Assembly: GCA_002633005.1 (NCBI GenBank)
Contig: NMRA01000558.1
Span: 187,846-251,682 of the forward strand
Length of the DNA stretch: 63,837 nt
From: Phoronis australis
Taxonomy: Eukaryota; Animalia; Phoronida
Reading direction: 5' to 3'
The notes under the pieces are model-generated. The model was not told where the DNA came from. It saw only the letters and a list, made by a program, of their open reading frames with translations, and did not search any database. Positions within the stretch are counted from its first letter, which is position 1, and the number at the start of each line of letters is the position of its first letter. Shown one piece after another: positions 13,238 through 37,055 of this stretch. Both the position numbers and the translations under genes were made by a program.

Positions 13238-15968
13238 TTAATAGCTCGTTGGCATGCTCAGAATGGGACCGACTTTGGGATCCATGGGAAATCCTTTGCG
13301 CATGCCCATACAGTGGGTCTCGTCGATCTTTAGCGTGTTTTCCTTTACACAAATGTCGTGTTGGATCGTGTTCTTGGTCTTGTTCAGACGAGACAAACTC
13401 TGCTCGGACGTTCGCAGCTTGTCCTTCAAGAAGGCAATCGCTTGCTTGATTTCATCGACCTCGCGTTGAAGTCTGGAAGGATGAAAGTCAAATTAGGGTG
13501 GTTCGTCACATGTTATCTAACCTTCAAAAAATATCTAGCCTTGATTAATTCGAATTTGTACACTTGAGGATAACTGGAATTACATGAAACCTTGTTATTT
13601 CCTCTTATAATCTGAAGAATTTCAAATGTTCAAATAGGTACATGAATTTCACAAAATTTCATTTGCATCCAACTAAATTTCTTTGGCTACATTTAGCCAA
13701 CATTTCGCGTCGCATAAATTGTGAAAACAATCTTTTTACTAAATTCTTCAGCTTAGATTTGAGAATTAACTTACCCCTTCATGGCTGGGTCGTTACACAA
13801 CTCGACATTCAGTCGACGTGTTCTCTCCTCCAGCCGCGTCATGGCGACCTTCAGAGGCGCCTCCTTAAGGGCAATAGCTTCACGCAGTAGCTCGACGTTC
13901 TTCTCCATGTCGAAGATTTCTTGCATGACCTGTAAACAATAAAACACAATTAAAGTAAATTCTCCAACGTAAACTTGATTGTTTTCAGATGACAGAAACA
14001 GAGAAAGCAGAAGAAATATATTTTACATTTATTACTATACAAAATTTCAATTTCGTTGAAAAAATTAAACGTAAAGAAGTCTTCAAACGATAAGTCTTCT
14101 TTTTCAGGACAGTATTGTTAAAACAAGCAAACATGTTGCTCGTTGACTTACCCTGTTGAGATGGTTCTGCAGTTTATTTCTGGCGTCTTTAGTTTCGGCA
14201 ATTCTGGCAGCAAAGGCGTTGTTTGTACCGTTGTAGTTAGTCCACATCTCGTTGGCGCACGCCCGAAGCAGCGAGTCGATGTCTCCACGTAGCTTTTCTG
14301 ACGCCGACCTCTCTTTCTGAGAACGCTCTATGTTTTGGTAAGAGAATCTGGCCCATGTCTCCGGGATTGTGATTCTGAAAAAAATCAGAGTTCATCAATT
14401 TTTTACTCATGTCTGACATTTAATGTAAATTTATTTATTTTTTTCAAATTGTAACCCAATGTATTTGTTTAGAAACGCATGTCATATCTTGTATAGAGAA
14501 CTAGCAATAAACAGACCAGTCATAACTTTGGAGACACTATTCATGCACTTACGTGTTGTCGTAGGTTTCAATTCCTGGGAAATAGCCAATGCCGACTGAT
14601 GTGTTTCTCAGCTGCTGCATGCGGTCATCCAGATTCTGGGCGTGGTTTTTGTCCTTGGCGTCCTTCTCACATTCATGCATGGCGGCTCTGTTCAACTTCT
14701 GTTGGATGTGGGCCTTTTCCAGCATTTTCTTCATCTTCGACTGGCAAGCACGGATCTTCTCGACTTCCTTGGTGAGCGCTTGTTCCACGTTGTCGTGGAC
14801 GAGATCGATTCCCATACGTTTCTCTCTGTGCATCAGACACTCTTCGGCCACGTGAAGAGGATTGGCTGTGTCCTTGTAAGCTTTGTCAAGCACGCGCTTG
14901 TATTCCTACATGAATTGATAAAATATTAATAATGATGTCAATCAGGCTTTTGAAGATCAAATTATCAGACTTTTTAAACTTAATTGGCAACATATACTAT
15001 CAAAATAACTGTATCGTGCTCCACAATTTTTCTCAGAAATTGTTCACTTACCGACATGTTAGCGATCTCATTCTCCATGGCATTGATCTCGTTGTTAAGT
15101 TCTGCCTTCCACATTGCGATTTCTTGAACTCGCTCAGCTGAAATAATACAATGTAGAGAGATGCACACATTGTTGCAAAGCTTTAAACTGTTCCAAAACG
15201 AACTGGAGTTAAACTTTAACATCTCAATTCGAATGTCTGTCTATTTTGTCTAATCACGATTCACTTTTGTATAAGCGGGAGTGTACTTGGTAGAGTTAGA
15301 CCAGTGAATGAGCTCAATTGTAAACCCTACCGAGGCGTTTGCTGCACTCCTGTTGACGGTTGCGGGTCCTCTGGTCCATTTCCTTGATCACTCGGAAGGC
15401 GTCAGACCGGATGTTGGATGCTGTCGATCTCTCTCGGTCAGACAGGCTGTATTGGCTGTTGTTCGAGTTGAACCACTCATTGGGAGAAAAGCGACTCTGG
15501 AGACCGTTCCTGTAAGAATCAGAAGTTCATACAGGTGTAGGTAGCGATTCAACGTTGGCTCATAGAAAATTTACTTGTTAACTATTTCTAATAAAGAGCT
15601 CGTGATCGCCAAGCTCGCCATTATGAGGAATGATATCGCTTCAGGATTGTATGTTTTTAGATTTTGATGTTGACGTAAACTGAAAATTAAATTCGTTAAA
15701 TGTAAAAATTGTTGTTTCTTTGTTATGAAATGGTCACTAATTACTAACACTGAAAAACTTACGTGGAGGGGTTGTAGTATGTGCGACCAGTTCCTCCGCA
15801 GTATCCGCCTTCACTCGCAAAGTTTCCACATTTGCCCAGGGTTGCTACGTTTTTGCTGGGGGCACTTGGTCCGATATGGGGCAAAGACCTCATGCTGGGA
15901 GCCGGACTGTAAGCCATGGGCGTAACACTTCGGCTACGGTTTGGTGTCAAAGCAAAATAGGTCGTCAT
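13238..15968 (-). CDS. TEKT3: Tektin-3/5 family paralogue A, 7 coding exons, 478 aa
   Basis: Exons 15968-15763, 15509-15331, 15137-15052, 14905-14553, 14374-14152, 13929-13775, 13472-13238; all GT-AG and phase-consistent (1437 nt). Motifs [30 protein letters not shown] and [13 protein letters not shown] match TEKT3/TEKT5. Confidence 0.93.
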
Positions 15969-16356
15969 TGTGCCTGTGAAGAAAATTGCAATGTCTTTAT
16001 CACCTGCAGTAACTAAACACGAACCTTTTCTCATGTAACAACCTTACCAAATTAACTATTCAATGAAACGTCCCAAATGGACACTTCATCGGCATAATCA
16101 ATGAAAAATTAACACTAATTATGCTAATAGTAATTTTTTTCAGCGGCTAAACTACCGGTGTCAAGGGCGTGTGTTTCGTATCTAAGCAACCACTTCCTGT
16201 TCAAGCTACTATCTATATGATAACTATAGTTTAACTAAACGTGTCGCTTTTTTAACAACTTAGATAATTCAAAACATTTGAACAACATCAAGAAGTATAT
16301 TTTCTCAAACTATTCTGAAGAATCACATTTGCCAATAGAAGTGCTAAGTGTCTTAC

Positions 16357-16500
16357 CGGTTCTGGTTTTTCTGCGTTCTGCCTGTGCGTCCTCGAGTAAG
16401 CTCAGAGAGTAGAATGAATCTATAAACTAAACATTGCGCTTATAAAGGGTCTCATAGCGCGGTTTGTTTAGGTTGTTGTTCGGAGAGACACAATCGATAA
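16357..16500 (-). promoter_or_regulatory. Putative core promoter and non-coding first exon of tektin A
   Basis: Donor GTAAG just after 16357; Inr-like TCATTC (16417-16412); TTTATAA (16446-16440) about 30 nt upstream; forkhead-like TAAACAAA (16470-16463); AATCGAT near 16491. Confidence 0.55.
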
Positions 16501-19500
16501 CCTATCAATATCTGCAAGGTTACAGCGATGTGTGATCGTTACTTGCACTGAATTATGGGCATATCCGGTGTAACATCTTGTGTAGCCAAGGTTTTGAAGA
16601 TATATCCGCTCACAGGCATGGGACTGAAAGATGTTTAAAACTTGTTTTTAGTTACGACGGAGCTGAAATCAACAAGCCGTGAATCTTATTCTATTTAAGT
16701 ACGTAGTTTAAGCATGTTCTATTCCTTATTCACGTAGTCAAACTGTGTTTAAGATGAGTCGAGAACGACTGGCTGACTGTAACCTTGAGTCTTCAAAAAC
16801 TTTATCGTTAATACAACTCGCTGTGTTTATCAAGTCACGTGATTTAGTTTCTAGTTTCCATCAAAAATACATTGTAGTAATAAATGTGTGTAATCTTTGG
16901 CGCTATAAAACAAGTCAGTTTATCACGTGATTGTGACGCACTCGTGCTGATCTCTCCCCTTTTGTCGGTCTTAACACTCGATGTTATAATTTTTCAGAAA
17001 CCAACATTTTTCAAAATGTAACCCTCGTAAGTTTAACTTTTAGAGTTTAATTTGATTTCTAACTCATCGCAGCAGCTTTAAACTACAAAATGTCTTAAAC
17101 TGGTTAGTGACTATGGCTACTAACTGAAGCTTTTGGAAAAGTTTAATGACATTTTTGTCTTTAAACTTCAGCCACAACACTTAACCAAATTTGAAGGCCT
17201 TTTTACGACCGCTATGGGTAAAAGAGTTTTAGGGGCGAGTTCCGCCCTATGTACCGGTAAATCGATGAATTATAAACATATAATGACGTCATCAATGCTC
17301 TCGAGAGCCGAAAACTTTTCGTGTTTCAATCACTGTGGTTTCTTGTCATGTTCCTTCTTGTATGTTTCATGACGAATCTTACAACGCTGTGACTGTGATT
17401 GAGACTGTTTAGAAGTGACCGACGGTTCTAGAAGGGCCAGCAAATAAACGGCAAACGAGAAATTGTTTGCTGCCGGGGAGGGAGGCTTAAATGAGTGGCA
17501 CTTTGCAATAAACAGGGGCGCCAAAGGCAAAATTGAAGTGAGTTTCGACAGCGGAACGTTTTTGGGATGAACAGGGAGTCATAGCCCCAGTTTGTGCCCC
17601 TCGTGGGAATGTGCCAGTGTTTTTCAGTTTGCTGTGCGCCATGGGTATGTATCGGCAGGGACACTTTTGTTCCAAGAGCATTTCTAGTTTTGTTATATTT
17701 GCTCTCTCTTTCCCTCACTTTCTGTTTCCCCAGAGATTTTAACTCTGCTTAACAGTTAGAGTGACATACTGATAAGTTCACCAAAATCCGTGACAGTAAG
17801 TTAAATATAACAAGGTTTGTGAGTGTTTATTGACGAACGAGTCCAATCGACAGAAACCGGAAGCCGAGGCCGTTTCCGGGAAAAACCTTAAGGTGGAAGG
17901 TAACGGATAAATCTCCAATTTGTGATAGCTCTGAATTGCAGTCCATCAGTCACTTAAGCAACTGATAACATTAATCGGGTGGCCATCATCAAAGTCATCC
18001 CACGTTAGGGTGAAGAACGTTTCGGATTTTCGGCTCCACCGTCACAACTGCAACCGCAAAAACGCTTAAAACTTGTCGTAGAATCACACTAAGAAACTTC
18101 TTCACAAGAACACCAGATAATTATTGAAAAGAATACATGTAGAACACCGTTCACGGGAAACAAAGTGTGGACGCTGAAAAAAGACTAAGTTAGTAAGATA
18201 TGAATTACAGTTAATGAGAAAAAAGTGCAGCTCGTAGGAAAAGAATTGCGGTAATGTATAAGGACTTTGTAAATTGAAACACATTTACGGACCATGAGGA
18301 GTGGAGATTGGCATCCCTCCTATTTTTTCCAATTGTTGTTTTCCAAAATCCCTGCATCAGCTGTTGCTGATAGTCTTGTAATAAACACCTGACGTTTGTG
18401 AATTTCTCCGTTTTCTGTGTGCACTACAACAACGAGACAAACAAAATAACGTTGATTATTTATTCACCAGGATATAAAAGTTCATCTGTTGTAAAAACAT
18501 CATTTCGACAATTATACGCTTTGGGGTTAAAAAAAAAAACATTAACACGGTAATCTGACCTTGAGTAGTTGTCGAATGCACCGGCAACTCAAGCCACAGG
18601 GAATGCGTACAGCGCCGTTATGGGATATTAGAGGTTGGCCACTCCGTATAAACTCTGAAGGGTTTTCTTGAGTCATAGACAGTTTTGATATCTGTATTGG
18701 TAACGAAAATAGAATCATATGAAGGCAAGGAATTGTTATGAGATCGATTTTTGAGAGCAAAAGGCTTAATTCGGTTTTCGTTTTTCAGCCTGCTATACAG
18801 GGCGAAATGGAGCTTCACCAGTGAATTAAAGCTATCCTATTTATAATGAATGAAGGCTCACAAACCTTTATTCATAATAAATGATATACAAACGTTCGAT
18901 GTCACTTTACTAAGAAGTTACCATTTTTCCTGGTATCGCATCATGCATAATTTTTGATATCATCACTGAACAATAACTATTGAAATTTTTGCAAACAAAC
19001 CTCCAGTGCTGATGAGCCTGTATTTGCCATGGATGTTTCGCCAGCTTTGCGTCAACATTTAACAGTCAGTTGCGGGGTTTCTATGAGTGAACTGTAACAG
19101 CGAGTGTGAAAGACTGGACTCCATACATAAAAGAATTTCACCAAGGAAGTTAGTATGATCACGCTGTTTTCGCTTGTGAAAAGTGGCTAGATGTCGCGAA
19201 GTCTTGCGTGGCCTTGCGTTTTCTTTCTCCCGTCTACGGAGCACACACAAGGTTTCACTGGAATGAAAGAATGTTGAATTACGTACTTCCTTGACAAAAC
19301 AGCAAAAGGTTTTCTAAAAGTCCGTTTAAAGTGTCCCTATTGACGAGAAGAGTTGTCATATAAGATCAATCCTTAAGCTAAATCGCACTCACAACATCTG
19401 CGGACATAGCCAAACGTTATGCTTGTGATGCTAGAGAAAAATAGCCAAGAAAAAGATTTTTTAAATAATCTTAACGCCATTTCAATGGTAAAGTTGCCGA

Positions 19501-21572
19501 AACATAACGGATTTTGTTGTTCCATAACTCTGGTCAAGAATCCTAACAATAATAAATAACCCATCGCTAGGATTTTGAATGACGACTTAGCTGACCATTT
19601 AGAACGCAGCATCATTGACACACCTTCGTTTACAAGCCGCCATTTTACCCGACAAACAACACGTTGCCGGGTAAAACTTATTGCTTTTTAGTCGATATTA
19701 CGCAAGGGGGGGCGGAATTTGCGATAGGTCAATACCCAAAATGCGCTTTTCGAACCTAATGGCGAACGTGAATGTTTCTGTAAAGTCTCAGTCGTTTCCG
19801 AGAGTTCGTCTCGGTTTACTTTGGGGGATAAGAGAAAGGCCATTGTGGCATTTTCTCCAGCAGTCTTAAGATAAGAAATTCCCGGTGATGATATCTGTGC
19901 CGACATGCACTTTTATGTGGTACGTTTACTTTGTTTTATTTCATCTCAGTATTGTCTGTTATGGTAACCGTTTAGTCTTGAATTAAATTTTCCAATGAAA
20001 ATGTGCAATTTAAAAACAATCCTGCTTCTATCTGTCTGCTGAAGGAATGTATTTCAATTGTCGACAAATTGTACACTCAAACAATTTCTCGTAATAGGCA
20101 ATTAATAAATTGTTTATCGATGGTGTTTGTTTGATCTTTTTGTGATTCTTGTATCAGGTTGAAGTTCTCATAAATAAAAAACAGAAGCTAACCGCAGATG
20201 ATGGCTAACAATGGTTCTTATTTGCGACGTATGAAATTCAAAGCAGACAACCCAATTGCTTATTCCAAATTTTTTTGACTCAGTGTACGCTTAGAAATGC
20301 GGCCCGTTTACGAGTAATAACTCACACGGTTCGAATTGGCTGAAATCGTGGTGGGACTTGTTTTTGCCAAACTCTTGCACAACAAAACGTAATACCAATG
20401 TTAGTTGCTGTGTTCTGCAAACGAGGGATGATGACGTCACTGCTGATCACCGCAAAAGCTCACCTTGAATGAACCATTTGCAGATTCTTTGGCCGTGTTT
20501 CGTAGACAGGCTTTGGTTGTAATACACAGCGATATCTTGCGGAAGTTTTGCAAAATCTTGCGTTTTCGAATCTACGAAAGGCAGGCCATGCTGGAATGTT
20601 AAGGATCACTATTTCCGTTCCACAAACATTCATTCCTCGTGCCAATTGCCTCACGAGTGACTAGCACTATGGAACAATCCCCTATGCCCATGCTTTAGCA
20701 TCGAGTCATGGATTATGACGTCTGGGCATTTGATGGTTCAATGGAACAACTCTGCACACGGCATGGAGCCAAGAGGCGCGTGCAAACAGCTTCTGGGGCC
20801 TGTTTCTTGAAGATACAGTTGGTTTTTCGTCTTTTGGCCTGAGCCTTAAATCAGAAATATGACTACGAACATACAAAAATTTGGATTCTTTTTGTCTTTT
20901 GCCGTTGTGTTTTCTTGGAGCAGACTGCGGGTGTTTTGTTGACTTCGAGTTGTAGACGTGTTGTGTAAACAATATTTATTGAAGTTAAAAGGAAGAGGTA
21001 CCATCATCTGCCAGATGGTTCTCACAAAGAATACTAACAATGACATGGTAACGAACAATGGTACAAACAATGAAAGGGGAGTGAATATTCAATGGTAATG
21101 AATTGCAATCAATTTGGTTATGGAGAAGCAATTACATTTTGCACGAAAAAGATGATAAGATTAAAACAGTATAAATACTTTAAGTAAAAAAGGAAAGCAA
21201 TGTACAACTAATAGTGGTATTGTCACGAGATCATGTGAAAGACACGTGTATCACAGTTAATAATAAAATTGAGCAAAGATGGCTGTCAAAACGTTTCTTA
21301 AAATGGTTGAAAGCAGTTTTATGTGTTTAATGAGATCAGAGAGATCGTCTCATTCCCTAGTTGTCTTGCACAAAACGCAGCCTGTGTCTAGGCCCAGAGA
21401 GTTATGTTGTGAGGCAAAGCGTGTATACATGTATGCTCCATGTGTGGAGCGAACTGGTACAATATTTCTGGTCAGGTATTTTGGTGCATCACCGCAGTTA
21501 CTCTAAAAACTATACACAGTCGTCTAAGTTCATAAAACATACCAATGGATGTCCAGTTTATATATCTGACTG

Positions 21573-29311
<7,739 letters not shown>

Positions 29312-29584
29312 CTCTGCAATGAAATATGTAAGGATGAAGGAAAACAATAGTTTGAGTTTCTGAGAACAACTCAGGCAATTTTCTTAAGTATGTGAGCGTT
29401 CAGATAGTAACTTACTCCACCATTACATTGATGACTAAGAAGTAAAAATGGTGGAACTCTAGTATCTAGCTCAGTTCAAGTAAGAATACTTCGCTTACTG
29501 CTATTACAACTTTACATTGTTAATGGCGACTACATCCTGTTTCTCAGAACTGTAATTTAATTGGTGATGAAGACCAAAACTTAC

Positions 29585-29740
29585 CTGTTGGTTGTAGTGG
29601 AATAGTTAAGCTGTATCAACTCGTGTACTTCAAGCAGGTGTAAGGTTGTTTGATGATAACCCTTGCTCACGCTTGCTTTTATAGCCATTGGTGAGTAAGA
29701 AAATACAGCGGTTGTTTAGATACAAGAAATCGATGACCAC
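29585..29740 (-). promoter_or_regulatory. Putative core promoter and non-coding first exon of tektin B
   Basis: Donor GTAAG after 29585; TATAAAA at 29683-29677; CCAAT adjacent; GTTGTTTAGATAC (29711-29723, forkhead/X-box-like); AATCGAT near 29728. Confidence 0.55.
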
Positions 29741-32700
29741 ATCTATTGTTTATCCTGAATGAGTCTCATTCATGTACCCAGAACAAAGTTTTCTATTAAT
29801 TATCAAGTACCCCTCAAGTGCATGTATAATCCATGTGTTTTTAATCATACAGGTTCTTTTGTAAGCATTATCTGATTGTTAACAGGTAGATGGATTAAGG
29901 TGTCCATGGGTTTCGGTGGATTGTAAGGCAGTATCTAGGCAAATATCGATGGGAGACATCTAACGACCTCAAGGGGGGTTGGCGGATTTAAGATTTTGAT
30001 AATAGCTTAAGCTACACACTTGCTGTTTTTTATTTTTGTACTTGGATTAACAATCTATAATACAGACGTTGCGTGGGTTATATGGTATATTTCAAAATGT
30101 TTCGTTCGGGGTTCTTTGGATTTTGATGAATTATTTAATTTCGGCATTGGATATCTTGCTCCCCTGACAAAAAATCCACCGATAGCGCTTCCTTATTGGT
30201 TTATTGGTAACACGTGGGAGAATGCCCAGGGAGATGACTTCAGTCGCTATGGAGCCCACAGTCATGTATAAGACTTATTAATTTCACCAGAAGTCGCACT
30301 TTGGTTAGAAACCAACCATCGCGTCTGATCCGACTGTGAGCAGGCTTTTAGCACAGTTTGTGTCATCATTCTGAAAAAGGTAAGTACTTTGATTTCAAAA
30401 GCAACAAAGTTTGCTTTTATGAAACCGAAGCCAGCTAATTGTCGGTTACATTGTATTCTAGTAAACCAAAACCTTTTATGAAATGTTCTAATCTTCTAAT
30501 CTAGAATTTTAATAGTTGCTAAGCACAGTTACCATGGTATCACATTGTATTTGATTAAAAAATATGCTCGTAGTACGAACTGTGCAAGTCTTACATATTG
30601 TTATCTCTGTTTCTCAGAAGCTCAAAATTCAAAAAAGGGTGAATTTCATTCTAGTGTCCACTTGTAGCTCCAGGCCCAAGTCTCACGTTTTAAATTTTAG
30701 TCGCTTGTCTCTTAAATTTCATTTTCTTTTAATATGAAGTACTCCTGTGTCGATCACCTGAATATGTGTATCTGTGTATCGACACCGATTGAACTTTATA
30801 ACACAAGAGCTCAGGGTGATATCAAATTCTAAAACGTCAAAAAGAGCAGGAACGCAAATTTGACTCATCAATAAATTCCCCGAGGTGTCACTTTCTGTTC
30901 AACATACGCAACCTTACCTTCTTTCCATCACCAAATGAAATTTTGGTACAAAAGGGATGTATAAATACTAGTTTCTTTACTAACGTAAGCCTTATCTAAC
31001 AGGTAGTCACTGCCACATAGATTCCCATATGGGATTCTCACAGCGGAAACTTTGTGTCACTGAATGAGTCTCTTAATATTACCATCTGTTTATTTATTAT
31101 TCAATTCAATTATTCGTATGAGAATTCATCGAATGTACAAATGGCGCTTGTGATGTTTGGTTAGATAGTTCAACATATGTTTCTAGCCAGACAACGAGTG
31201 AAATTGGTGACTCAGGAATGAAAATGTCACGTTAGAATCTTTCTTGAAAGCAGACATCTACCAGTATTTAAGCTACAATATAACATTTGATATCTGACCA
31301 ATTACCGTTATAAAACTCGTCTCACCTTTGTTTCTAATTCAAATGAGAACTCATTTTTGGCGAATTAACACTTCGTTAATGACTTTGACCAACCTTGAGC
31401 ACGAAACAAACACCCGTGGTGAAGCAACTTGTTGCGATAACGAACTGTCAGTTATCTTTCTAAGCCCACAAATCAACTCTAATTTGACTAACGAATGATT
31501 TGAGATCAATTCATAGCTGTAAAGGGTTCAAATCAAAAGTTATATCTCTTTTTGACCAAAGCAGGGATTGTAGCCGCATTAACTTATACAAGTAAAGTGT
31601 TATTTTTCAGTACTCGCTTAAAACTAAATTTGATTCAAGAAATGCATTTTCAGCGAAAAGTAGTACACGTACATTGTCGTAGTAAATAAGACAACAAACG
31701 GTATCTCTTGACGACTAAAGATCACGCCGACCAATGACATTCCTAGTGGTGACAAATCGATTATCGCAATAATCGATCGGATTGTCTGACCGGCATGAGT
31801 AATACCTGTACCTTTGCCAAGTCTCATACTCTAGAACCTACGTCCACTCATCACATAAGAAACGTGTGTCAACGTTACTTTTTAGTTTATTTTATCCTTT
31901 TGTTCAGTGCTCAAAACAGAATGAAAGTAAAACGCGTGTCACGAGTCACAGGTGATTCAGCATTTTCCCATTCATGATAAAATTAGAATTCATTTTGCGA
32001 TTGAAATAAATTTTTGATAATATGTCACAAATAAAATTAAACGATTCTACTTCCACTTCGTTTCCCTGAAAAAAATCGTAAAACGAATTTGACGGCAAAT
32101 CATTCTAGTTTAAACTTAATAACTATTGACTGTCTTTTAACAGGTCATTAGATGTTTTCAAAATAATTAAACTTACACAAACAATCTTCAAAAAACTTTC
32201 TGGTGGTTCAAAAATGACGATCACAGTTGAAAGACATCGATCTTCATATTTTATGAGTTGCCAGTAAAAACGTAAATACTTAGAGAGCTGAAATTCACGC
32301 AGTGTTTGCATTTTGATAGTCTCACGAATGATGAAACTATTTTCATACTCTAAACAGGCACATGTAAAAGGAACGGAAAGATTGTTTTTAGAAAACATGT
32401 TCAGTTTTAAAGTCGCTTGCATTGATTTCATTACATCCTCATAGGCGGGCACCCCACACTTTTTTTGGAGCTGCGCCGCCCATGGTCTATGAGTGATGTA
32501 CAACATGGGGTTGAGGTGGCTATACATGTACACCGCCCGCATTTTTTATTGCTGCGCTGCCCATGACCCTGCTCCCCCCTATAGACATAAAGCTTGTGAG
32601 CTAATACCAGCGAAAGTCACTGTAGTGCGTACTACTCGCAATCAATTACAAGTACACGTTCGTCTTTGCCAAGGCGGCAAATTTCACATAATTGACTGTG

Positions 32701-32892
32701 TTCGATCCTTATCGGGTAACTGGTTCACTCAGTTAAACAAGGTCATAGATCATTAAATATTTATCACAGAAAACACAATGAGTGAATGTTATGTTGGCTC
32801 TTTCGGATTATGTTTCCTGTCAGATTGAAGTCGCATTTGCGATGAAAGATTAATTACGTATCAATAAGTTGCAATGGGAGGCCATACAAATT

Positions 32893-33035
32893 AATGTATG
32901 TATGTATGTACATGTGTGTATACATGTACGTATACATGTACGTCTGTATGTATGCATACATGCATGTATGTATGAGTGTATGTACGTACATGTGTGCATG
33001 TATCTTTGTACAGTATAAGTATGCATGCGTGTGTA
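32893..33035. repeat. Degenerate (TATG/TACA)n microsatellite
   Basis: Directly visible tetranucleotide-like repeat. Confidence 0.85.
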
Positions 33036-33503
33036 TAGCATTTATGACTTATGCATTTTTATCCGTATAAGTCTTCGAGTGTAAGTATTTCTCCTGATCA
33101 AATACACTGTTCGTTTATACTTGCTGTCCCTTCTGGGGAATTTCTGATGGTGTATTTATACAGCTCTGGTACGGTAAGATGAGGGTCTCCAAAATCTTTC
33201 ATAAAATAGGTCGCGATGTATTTTGCCTTATTTCAAATGTATTCTTAAAAGTACGTAACGACTAAAAAGCATCGAAATCTATTTAATAAAGACTTGTATT
33301 CTTCGGACACTCGCTGACGCTGATCACACTCGGCATACCTTTTTGTTGAAATAACAAAACATTAAAACTCGATAACAACTCAGTCTCGCTTCGTCTTGGT
33401 AGCATCTACTCTTGTGGCAGTTTGATATAACTAACGAAATATATGTCAGTGAACGTGATTTCATTTAGCTTGAGTCTATGCTTCGGGATCCTTTATCTAC
33501 ATG

Positions 33504-33544
33504 TATAAAACCTATGTTACAAGAAATAGTTCAACTACGAGTAG
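33504..33544 (+). promoter_or_regulatory. Putative TATA box and very short non-coding first exon of tektin C
   Basis: TATAAAA at 33504-33510; donor AG|GTAAAT at 33545; acceptor TTTGTAG ending 33651, 5 nt before the ATG, as in paralogue A. Confidence 0.45.
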
Positions 33545-33656
33545 GTAAATTTCAATAAAATTATTTATGTCCACAAACACACTCAATCTCGTACAAATTC
33601 TTGGTCCTGTCTGGGTCTTATTTACGGCTAAATGTATAACTGTCTTTGTAGGCAAG

Positions 33657-37055
<3,399 letters not shown>

